Origin: Spirochaetaceae bacterium
GTDB taxonomy: Bacteria; Spirochaetota; Spirochaetia; DSM-2461
Direction of reading: 5' to 3'
Assembly: GCA_051531975.1 (NCBI GenBank)
Contig: JAOPTT010000004.1
Coordinates: forward strand, 128,001 to 192,000
DNA: 64,000 nucleotides
The position numbers were made by a program, and so were the translations under genes. Shown here piece by piece: positions 9,832-20,886 of this stretch (position 1 is the stretch's first letter; the number at the start of each line of letters is the position of its first letter). The notes below the pieces were generated by a model. It was not told the DNA's origin and did not search any database. It saw only the letters and a list, made by a program, of their open reading frames with translations.

Positions 9832-9883
9832 TTGACAGCGAGCAATTGCTCACTTAGTATATTGTAGAGCTCTATCTCTACAA
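9832..9883 (+). promoter_or_regulatory. Sigma-70 promoter with palindromic operator in the spacer, plus a downstream inverted repeat
   Basis: TTGACA(9832)-17 bp-TAGTAT(9855); GAGCAATTGCTC 9840-9851; TTGTAGAG-N6-CTCTACAA 9862-9883. Confidence 0.65.
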
Positions 9884-9914
9884 GGTATAAAACCAATATT
9901 AGGAGAAACATAAA

Positions 9915-11921
9915 ATGAAAAAATCTACAAAAAGAGGATTAATTATCCTTGGAGTGATTATCTTATTAATAACATATGTTGGAGTAACTGTTTCAGTAGA
10001 TCTAAAAAATAACAATGCTATTGTAAAGATTCCACGTGATAAACCTGAAAGTGGTGAAGGGAGAGGTAGTGTTGGTGATGTCCTTGGTCAGATTATTAGG
10101 GACGGAGAGTACACCTCTAGTATGATTAGAACCATTGATTATTTAAATGGTCGACATGACTGTGCTGATTTCCGACTTCCTGTAGCTATGCACCTATTAT
10201 ATGAATTCCCTGATAAACTAACAAATGAAGATCTTACTGATTTAAAACAGGCAGTTTTAAACTTTAAATATTGGATGGAAGACCCAGGTTATGACAGTAT
10301 GTGTCACTGGAGTGAAAATCATCAGATTCTTTTTGCAACAGGAGAATATTTAGCCGGTCAGTTATATCCTGATACAGTTTTTACTAATACAGGAGAGAAG
10401 GGGTCATGGCATAAAGAAAGAGGTAAGTCCCGGGTTTTAGCATGGCTTGAACAACGTTGGAACCATGGGTACATAGAGTGGAATTCCAATACATATTATA
10501 AAGAGGACATCGCACCACTTGCAGCACTAATTGAGTTTTCTGGGGATGATGAGGTACTAATAAAAGCACAGATGGTTATGGATCTTATGATGTACGATAT
10601 GGCAAGCCAATCCTTTAAAGGGGCATTTGTTTCAACTAGTGGACGATCCTATGAAACTAAAAAAATGGCTGGTCATCAATCATCCATGAAACGTTATACT
10701 GAGATTTTAAGTGGATATGACGTAGATTCTAATTTTCCAGAAGACATTTATGGTGGTAACATGGATATAACCTTCATGACTTCTAAGCGATATGAAATTC
10801 CTAGTGTTTTCAAAAAAATAGCCAGAGATGATAAAGATACTAGAATTATTAAAGCATCTACAGGTTTAGATTTAACAGAGCTTAAAGGATATGATCTGAT
10901 AGGACAGGAACCACACCAGATTTTAATGCAGTGGGGAATGGAAGCCTTTAGTAATCCTGAGATTGTTAATAACTCTATTAAATATATTGAAGATAATGAA
11001 ATGTTTAAAAACTCAGACCTTTATGCCTTTAAGGACTTTAACTTCAAGATACTTAAAAGATTAAACTTAATACCAACTATAAGTAAGCTGATAAATCCTC
11101 AATCAAACGGTGTTGCAATCCAGAGAGCTAACCAGTATCTATATAAAACCCCCTATTATAGTATCTATACTGCTCAGGCATATCACCCAGGTTTTTATGG
11201 AGATCAACAACATATTGCAGGTGTTACATTATCTAATGATCTTAGTGTTTTTAATGCACACCCAGCAGTTGATGAGGGTGATCGTGGACCTAATGGCAAC
11301 TCGCCTAAATACTGGGTTGGCCAAGGTCACTTTCCTCATACTGTTCAACATGAGAATGTTAACCTATCTATCTACCGGACTCCTAAAAAGAAAGGTATGA
11401 TGGAGGCAAAGCTTCTTGATTATACCCATGGATATTTTCCAGAGATACAATTTGATGAATCCTCCATCGAGGGCAACTTAGCTTTTGGTAAGTTAGGAGA
11501 TGCTTATATCGCTTTTATAACGACCAACGATCTTAGTTACAAAAAGTATGAAGAGATTACTCGGGATTGGCAGGGTGAGAATTATGATCTAATCCAACCA
11601 GGGAAAGAGGTTTACTGGATTACGGAAGCATCTGATGTAACTGTTGATGGTTCATTTAGTACTTTTAAATCTAGAATTAAAGAACAAGCAAAAACTATAA
11701 CCTACGATGGTAAAAAAATCTCTTATACCTCTATGGGTAGAGAGTTAAACCTAGAGTTTAAAGGTGACTTTAAGGTAAACGGCGAGGTTATGGATCTTAA
11801 TTACGATCGTTTTGATTCTCCATATATTCAGGCTAACCGAACACCAACTGAGATGACGTTTAAGTTAGGTGATAAAGAGTTATACCTAAACTTTAAGAAG
11901 ATGATTCGAGAATATAACTAG
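9915..11921 (+). CDS. Membrane-anchored conserved hypothetical protein, possibly heparinase II/III-like lyase fold
   Basis: N-terminal TM helix; WSENHQILF and GYIEWNSNTYY motifs; AGGAG RBS; function inferred only loosely. Confidence 0.5.
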   Translation: MKKSTKRGLIILGVIILLITYVGVTVSVDLKNNNAIVKIPRDKPESGEGRGSVGDVLGQIIRDGEYTSSMIRTIDYLNGRHDCADFRLPVAMHLLYEFPDKLTNEDLTDLKQAVLNFKYWMEDPGYDSMCHWSENHQILFATGEYLAGQLYPDTVFTNTGEKGSWHKERGKSRVLAWLEQRWNHGYIEWNSNTYYKEDIAPLAALIEFSGDDEVLIKAQMVMDLMMYDMASQSFKGAFVSTSGRSYETKKMAGHQSSMKRYTEILSGYDVDSNFPEDIYGGNMDITFMTSKRYEIPSVFKKIARDDKDTRIIKASTGLDLTELKGYDLIGQEPHQILMQWGMEAFSNPEIVNNSIKYIEDNEMFKNSDLYAFKDFNFKILKRLNLIPTISKLINPQSNGVAIQRANQYLYKTPYYSIYTAQAYHPGFYGDQQHIAGVTLSNDLSVFNAHPAVDEGDRGPNGNSPKYWVGQGHFPHTVQHENVNLSIYRTPKKKGMMEAKLLDYTHGYFPEIQFDESSIEGNLAFGKLGDAYIAFITTNDLSYKKYEEITRDWQGENYDLIQPGKEVYWITEASDVTVDGSFSTFKSRIKEQAKTITYDGKKISYTSMGRELNLEFKGDFKVNGEVMDLNYDRFDSPYIQANRTPTEMTFKLGDKELYLNFKKMIREYN

Positions 11922-11940
11922 ATATATCAATTGTTGATAT

Positions 11941-11963
11941 AAGGAGCCCCTTGGGCTCCTTTT
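11941..11963 (+). terminator. Intrinsic terminator between convergent genes
   Basis: AAGGAGCCC-ctt-GGGCTCCTT-TT. Confidence 0.75.
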
Positions 11964-12022
11964 AAATATAGAATAATAAATTTTCTAGACGGAACTTGTA
12001 TTACGAAAGTAGTGTAGATTTA

Positions 12023-14200
12023 TCACTCAACATCAAAATAAGATATTTCAGATATAATACTAGACACCATCTCTTTATTGGTTAAACTAACGTTCATTAT
12101 ATCATCTACAGCAGTTTTTATTTCAGAAGTACTCGATGTAATTTCATCTATTTGAATAGTGCTGTCCTCTGCCATCTCTTTAAGTTTTATCACTTCGGAT
12201 AGTACAAGAGAGCTTCCAGCTTGGATCTCAGAGGCTCCGCCTTTAACAGTGATTGCAATCTGGCTCATATGATCCAAAGATTCTAGAATCTGCTCGCTGC
12301 CCTGCTTCTGTTCAATAACTGCCATTCTAACTTCTTCACTTCTTCCATTAACTGTTGATATCATAGTTTGAATATTTGTAAAACTATCTACAGTATCTTT
12401 TGAACTTATAACTATATCATTAATCAATATATCAATGTTTTTTAGAATATCTGAAACTCCACGACTCTGTTGAGTTGTAGACTCTGCTAATTTTCTAATT
12501 TCGTCAGCAACAACACTAAAACCTTTTCCTGCTTCTCCAGCATGAGCAGCTTCTATTGCTGCATTCATTGCTAATAGATTTGTTTGACTTGCTATATTGT
12601 TAATGATCTGGTTCGTCTGCATTAGTTTTTTTGACTCCTCAGCTATAGTTTTTATCTGATTACTACTAGTGTCTACTTTTTGCTGACCCAATTTACTTGC
12701 TTCTGTTAAATCCACAGTTGATTGATAAACCCTGTCCATATTTTCTGAAACACTAACTATTGATCCAACCATCTCTTCTATTGAGCTTGAGGATTCTGTA
12801 ATTTGATTATTTTGTTTGTTAATAGATTCATTTAAAGATTCAATATTACTGGAAATTTCTGTTACAGCAGCAGTTACCTCCTCAACACTATCTAGTTGTG
12901 ATCTGAAATGACCATTTATTGAGGTTATATTTGATGATACTAAAGATATTGAGGCACTAGATTCTTCAGAACTTGAAGACAGAGTGTCGCCAACTTCTCC
13001 TAATGATATACAACTACTTTTATTTTTTCCTATAATTTGAATTAACTTTTTAACCATTCCCATAAATGATATTGAGAGATCGCCAAGTTCATCATTCTTA
13101 AAAAGAGGTTTAGCTCCATGTTCCGTATCAAAATCTACTTTTAGATCACCATTAGCTACTTTTGTTACTACATTTTTGATAGCTAATATAGGTCTATAAA
13201 TATCCCTAATAATATAAATGCTAAAAAGTACTAAGCAAGTAAGTATAATTGTAATAGAGATGATATATAACCACATAGATCTTTTTGCCAATGATTTAAA
13301 GCTAGTTATAGTTAAATAGAAGTCTTCAATTAGTTGCAGTTCTACATCAAGCATAAGATTAATCTTTTTTGACATAAGATCGTACCAATGAGTTGGATCA
13401 ATTTTACCAAGTGTATCAGAACCCGCTTTTTCAAAGGCTATATCTCTTAGCCTCTGTACTTCTATTACAACATCTCCACTTAATGATTCATTATATATTT
13501 TTTGTTGGTGTGGTTCAGCGTCCGAGAGAAAAACATTAATAAAAACATCTTGACTTACTACGAGATTATTAAAGGTTTTGAAACCTTCAAAATCCAAACG
13601 GTCTGCGGCAAAGGCACTACTTAGAACAGCTCTCTCAATTCCTGCCCTCTCTTTTCCCATAAGAAAATTACTATATGCATTTAAACTTTTTCTAATTTCA
13701 ACAGTAGGAGTATTATATCCAATATAACGGATCAGATCTAAAATCATTTTATGCAAGTCTGTATACCATTTGATTCCTACGTCTATGCTTAAGTTATCTT
13801 TATTGATACTTTTTCTATGACTAATTAATCCTTTAGTTTCAGCTATAAAATTATTTACTTTCGTATTAAATTCTGACCCAAATGATTCCGTGTCAATTTC
13901 TGATAAATAAGTTATTAATTCATTAAGCTTTTTATCAGTGAGAAGTCTCTGTTGTGGTAGTTCTGATGTAAACTTAAGCCCAGCGCTACCTATAAATCCG
14001 GCAGTCATACCACGTTCTTTCTGAGATTCATGTACAAAAGCGCTCATTTTTACAGATATTGTAGTTAATATTTCCGAGTTATTAACATCCCTTAAGTGAG
14101 TTGTTAGATTAGTTATAGTGATAGCTGAAAAAAATAGAATTATTATCATTGGTAATATTGTAAGTAAAGATATTTTGGATTTGATTGTAAACCGTTTCAT
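12023..14200 (-). CDS. Methyl-accepting chemotaxis protein with NIT (nitrate/nitrite-sensing) domain
   Basis: HESQKERG and [12 protein letters not shown] motifs; two TM helices, [39 protein letters not shown]. Confidence 0.9.
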   Translation of the reverse strand: MKRFTIKSKISLLTILPMIIILFFSAITITNLTTHLRDVNNSEILTTISVKMSAFVHESQKERGMTAGFIGSAGLKFTSELPQQRLLTDKKLNELITYLSEIDTESFGSEFNTKVNNFIAETKGLISHRKSINKDNLSIDVGIKWYTDLHKMILDLIRYIGYNTPTVEIRKSLNAYSNFLMGKERAGIERAVLSSAFAADRLDFEGFKTFNNLVVSQDVFINVFLSDAEPHQQKIYNESLSGDVVIEVQRLRDIAFEKAGSDTLGKIDPTHWYDLMSKKINLMLDVELQLIEDFYLTITSFKSLAKRSMWLYIISITIILTCLVLFSIYIIRDIYRPILAIKNVVTKVANGDLKVDFDTEHGAKPLFKNDELGDLSISFMGMVKKLIQIIGKNKSSCISLGEVGDTLSSSSEESSASISLVSSNITSINGHFRSQLDSVEEVTAAVTEISSNIESLNESINKQNNQITESSSSIEEMVGSIVSVSENMDRVYQSTVDLTEASKLGQQKVDTSSNQIKTIAEESKKLMQTNQIINNIASQTNLLAMNAAIEAAHAGEAGKGFSVVADEIRKLAESTTQQSRGVSDILKNIDILINDIVISSKDTVDSFTNIQTMISTVNGRSEEVRMAVIEQKQGSEQILESLDHMSQIAITVKGGASEIQAGSSLVLSEVIKLKEMAEDSTIQIDEITSSTSEIKTAVDDIMNVSLTNKEMVSSIISEISYFDVE

Positions 14201-14277
14201 ATGGATTTCCTTGTAATAACCTCTTATGATATTGGTTATTATTACTATTATAAGCTAAATAATAGGTTGTTACAAAT

Positions 14278-14901
14278 CTAATGAGCTTTTTTCATTTTAT
14301 TATTCTTATAAGTCTGTTGAAGTTTTACCATTTGTCTGAATATTGATATTAACCCATCGGGGTTGATATCCTTATTACATACTCCAGATTCCTGTAGCTC
14401 TTTAATTAAGAAATAAGTTGACTCAATTGTTGAAAGGCAAAAATTTGCAGGCTGTTTTTTTATTTCAAAAGCCGATCGATACTCTTTTTTAAATGATAAT
14501 TTGGGCAGATTCAGAAGTGATGGGCTTCTTGTTATCATTTTTTTTGCAAATGACCATGTTGCATCAATTAAAAAAATCAATAATTCCCTATCTTCCCCAT
14601 ATTTCTTAAAATCAAATGTTTGAGCAAAATGTGCATCTTCATCGGGGTAGAGAACCATAGGAAAATATTCGGGACTGTTTATTAGTTCTTGTACTCTTAT
14701 GTTATTATCAAATGTTTCATCTATAATTATTTCTGAATTAACTATTGTTAAACTTGCTAACCGACCAGTACCTGTTTTTTGTTTATAAGCTTCTTTGGGA
14801 TGCATTAAAAATACAAACTTAATATTAGGCTCAAAAGGTTCTATATATTTGCAATAACAAGTTTTAATGGGCCTATAACATTTGTAACACTTCGTAATCA
14901 T
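14278..14901 (-). CDS. DTW-domain tRNA-uridine aminocarboxypropyltransferase
   Basis: N-terminal CxxC..CxC, HPKE, TGRL, LIDATW, LSTIES. Confidence 0.85.
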   Translation of the reverse strand: MITKCYKCYRPIKTCYCKYIEPFEPNIKFVFLMHPKEAYKQKTGTGRLASLTIVNSEIIIDETFDNNIRVQELINSPEYFPMVLYPDEDAHFAQTFDFKKYGEDRELLIFLIDATWSFAKKMITRSPSLLNLPKLSFKKEYRSAFEIKKQPANFCLSTIESTYFLIKELQESGVCNKDINPDGLISIFRQMVKLQQTYKNNKMKKAH

Positions 14902-14934
14902 TTAAGCAGTCTACCATAATTTCCCTATTTATAA

Positions 14935-15159
14935 ATAGGGAAAATCCCTATATAAAATGAAGAGTATGCCTCATGTCCTAAATTAGAATGTGGGTGTATA
15001 TTTAGAACATATTAAAAAGTTATATAAATAAAGTTAATTAGAAAAAAGTTTTAAGAAAAAAGTTACTTATTTATTTAAAAATGTAAGAGCAAAGTTTATT
15101 GAAAAAAGTAAAAATTTATTTTGAAATCTAAGGGTCGTAACAGTACGATCCTTTTTTTT
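14935..15159 (+). ncRNA. Cassette copy 3: palindromic box, promoter, putative ~151-nt AAAGU-repeat sRNA (about 15009-15159) and terminator
   Basis: ATAGGGAAAATCCCTAT 14935-14951; TATATT -10 at 14997-15002; 6 AAAGT motifs; terminator AAGGGTCGTA-acag-TACGATCCTT-T6. Confidence 0.65.
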
Positions 15160-15166
15160 GTCCATT

Positions 15167-16027
15167 TTATTTTGTTACTCTAAAATGATATGGCGAAATC
15201 CCAGTATTCTTTTTAAATTGAGATGAAAATTCATATTGTGATTTGTAACCAAGTTCATCTGCTATCTGTTTTATTGATCTATCCAGGGATATTAACATCT
15301 GACAAGCCATATCAATTCTTCTTCTAACTATATACTTCCCAGGAGATACTCCAATACTCTCTTTAAATACTTTTCTAAATGATTCATAACCTAAGCCATT
15401 ATTATTACAATACTCTATTAGATTTATACGCTGGCTTAAATCTTTAGTTAAATCAGAACAGCTTTTATCTACCACTTTCTTAGGGATATCTCTTTGATCT
15501 TTAAGTTTACACTGGTTAAATATGCTTTGTAAAAGAGTTATACTTTTGATTAACAGGTCAGGTAGTTCAGATTCGGCGCAGTTTTCTAGTTTTATCATAC
15601 AGTCAAAAATGCTATCTTCTATAGTTTTATTAGGTGCCAGTTTATATACAGGGATTGTTCTATTTATGATTCTCATAGATACCAAAAAGTTAAATATTTC
15701 TGTACCAAAATCCATATAACACTCAGACCACTTACTGTCAGGATCTAATATTGTAGTATGAGTTTCTCCTGGGAATCTTTGGAAAATTGATCCAGATTTT
15801 AATTTGTATTGATTCCCTTCTGAATCAATATATAAACCAGAACCTCTAATTACATATATTATAGAATAGTAGTAGAATTTAGAGTCTTTTTCATCAATCT
15901 TCTTACCAAATTTATGTAAAAAACCAAAACCTAATTGCCCTCCAGCTTCATTTATACTAACCGACCGTATTACTTTGTTGTCTAGTGTATTATCTATTCC
16001 TTTATAACTCATAATACAAAATACCAT
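15167..16027 (-). CDS. AraC family transcriptional regulator
   Basis: N-terminal cupin; C-terminal SIKQIADELGYKSQYEFSSQFKKNTGISP; divergent from the GH2 gene. Confidence 0.9.
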   Translation of the reverse strand: MVFCIMSYKGIDNTLDNKVIRSVSINEAGGQLGFGFLHKFGKKIDEKDSKFYYYSIIYVIRGSGLYIDSEGNQYKLKSGSIFQRFPGETHTTILDPDSKWSECYMDFGTEIFNFLVSMRIINRTIPVYKLAPNKTIEDSIFDCMIKLENCAESELPDLLIKSITLLQSIFNQCKLKDQRDIPKKVVDKSCSDLTKDLSQRINLIEYCNNNGLGYESFRKVFKESIGVSPGKYIVRRRIDMACQMLISLDRSIKQIADELGYKSQYEFSSQFKKNTGISPYHFRVTK

Positions 16028-16087
16028 TTAACACATCTTTTATACCAGACAATATATTTCTTTTTCCTGGTTATGGCTTATTATTAA

Positions 16088-19210
<3,123 letters not shown>

Positions 19211-19215
19211 AAAAG

Positions 19216-19245
19216 TGTGAGTCTTTGTATATACAAGGACTCACA
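19216..19245. terminator. Hairpin between convergent genes (likely bidirectional terminator)
   Basis: TGTGAGTCtTTGTATATACAAgGACTCACA near-perfect inverted repeat. Confidence 0.7.
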
Positions 19246-19258
19246 TTGAATTCAGGGG

Positions 19259-19828
19259 TTATATTTCTCTAGAAACTTTGTTGATCTTTTTTATATAATC
19301 TATGGCATTTTCAATTTCTTTGTCAAAATTCTTTCCAGTATTAAAATAGGGCATATCCAGTTTTATACATTGTTCATACATCTTTTTACTTTCAGATAAA
19401 AATAGTTTTAAGATTTTTCCCATTTCAATATCATCAGTCTCGTTTGTCCAATCTTTCTCTCTTTGATGGCTTCTTAATTCTTTTAGTTTTTCATTTACTG
19501 TTAATTGATGATAGCCAAGGTATATAATTGGGATACCTAATTTTTCTACATATTTTTTATAGTCATTTGGAAATAATTGATATAAATCTATAACAACATC
19601 AATATCTTCATAATTCACATGAGAAATAAACTCAGCCACAAATTTCGCCAATATTGGACTAAACTCAATATTATTATCTTGATGTTTCATTCCTGTGTCA
19701 GGATATAATCTCTCTAAAGTAGAGATGATACTATCAAAAGGTATATAATTCATGTTGAGTTCTGTACAAATACGCTTGCAGACTGTAGTTTTTCCAGATC
19801 TGGAAGCACCAGCAATTATAACAATCAT
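19259..19828 (-). CDS. Small P-loop NTPase or kinase of unknown substrate
   Basis: IIAGASRSGKTT Walker A at N-terminus; 4-nt overlap with the GH15 gene. Confidence 0.7.
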   Translation of the reverse strand: MIVIIAGASRSGKTTVCKRICTELNMNYIPFDSIISTLERLYPDTGMKHQDNNIEFSPILAKFVAEFISHVNYEDIDVVIDLYQLFPNDYKKYVEKLGIPIIYLGYHQLTVNEKLKELRSHQREKDWTNETDDIEMGKILKLFLSESKKMYEQCIKLDMPYFNTGKNFDKEIENAIDYIKKINKVSREI

Positions 19829-20886
19829 TTTATTTCCTCTAATTTTTTAAATAAAATTATATACATTGCATGGGACCATAAAAGAGGTTTAGCAGATTTT
19901 CCCCATTTGTTATTCCAAAAGGGTAAATAAGAATCGTCGTTTAATGAATCAATATGTTGCTCACCTAAATATCCATTATCATCTGCTTTGCTTACAATCC
20001 AATTAAGGATATCAGCTGCATCATTCACTTTGTTTCCATTTACCAGAGTTATTCCAAGCCACGCAGTTAATAGAATCCAAATACCTCCACCATAATAAGT
20101 ATCTAATTTATACCTATGAAGGCCTCCTTCCCTAAAAAGATCACTTCTTATTTTATCTATTGTTTTAGACATTATCGGATTCTTAAAATCTAGTAAATCT
20201 GTAGGAAAACAAACACCAAGCAGGCTTGAATCAACTGCAATAGTCCCTTCGAATTTAGTTAAATATCCATCATATGTGCCTTTTGATAAAATTCTATCTT
20301 TAATCTGACCACATATGTGAGAGTATGATACTCTTGTTATCTGCTCTGTAGCTTGTAACCCACCATAAATTGTAGCCATTGTATAAATATGTCTTTTATC
20401 ACAATTTTCTTCCCAGCAGTCATAACATGGCCTGTCCCATAGTTTTACTAAATATTTTGAAACCAAACCGATAGCTTTAGACATCAAAGTAGTTAACTCA
20501 TTTCCAGACAAACTTAGGTGTTCACTAAGACTCCATAGCCAAATACCAAAACTATCTAATTGGAAATTTTCCCAATCATCTGATCCATCTTCACCGGTTA
20601 GTGTATAACGGGTGTGTAGTATTTCAGAATAAGTATCATTTTTACCTAGAAAAAAATCATTTAATTCACTTTCCCTAGCAACTATATTTTTTGCAGCCCA
20701 ATTATGAAACTGTGCTGAACTTTCATGTTCAAGCACAAGGTCCATTGAATATGCGATATAAGCACTGTCTCTAAACCAGCAATAATTATATGTGGGATAG
20801 GTAGGGCAAGCGACATATCCTCCAGATTGATGCTGTCCATTTTTTATGAGTTTTATACTTATTTTGTACAGCTCTTCCTTTGTCAT
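19825..20886 (-). CDS. GH15 glycoside hydrolase (isomaltose glucohydrolase-like)
   Basis: YNYCWFRDS, FQLD, DCWEE, LGEQ, PLLWSHAMY; catalytic domain only. Confidence 0.85.
   Translation of the reverse strand: MTKEELYKISIKLIKNGQHQSGGYVACPTYPTYNYCWFRDSAYIAYSMDLVLEHESSAQFHNWAAKNIVARESELNDFFLGKNDTYSEILHTRYTLTGEDGSDDWENFQLDSFGIWLWSLSEHLSLSGNELTTLMSKAIGLVSKYLVKLWDRPCYDCWEENCDKRHIYTMATIYGGLQATEQITRVSYSHICGQIKDRILSKGTYDGYLTKFEGTIAVDSSLLGVCFPTDLLDFKNPIMSKTIDKIRSDLFREGGLHRYKLDTYYGGGIWILLTAWLGITLVNGNKVNDAADILNWIVSKADDNGYLGEQHIDSLNDDSYLPFWNNKWGKSAKPLLWSHAMYIILFKKLEEIK

Noticed and set aside
9488..9915. Cassette as a type III toxin-antitoxin RNA (repeats, terminator, toxin) or as a riboswitch/attenuator
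   Set aside because: Copies 1 and 3 have no co-directional downstream gene. The gene after copy 2 has its own promoter and is not ToxN/AbiQ-like. The body lacks the C residues needed for pseudoknots or aptamers.
14214..14241. Inverted repeat TAATAACC-N12-GGTTATTA in the leader of the NIT MCP
   Set aside because: Single AT-rich occurrence; cannot distinguish an operator from chance.
8608..15159. Cassettes as a CRISPR array, MITE/IS ends, REP elements or integron attC sites
   Set aside because: No repeat-spacer periodicity, no terminal inverted repeats spanning the element, no target-site duplication, no GTTRRRY/RYYYAAC ends, and no cas, transposase or integrase gene in the window.
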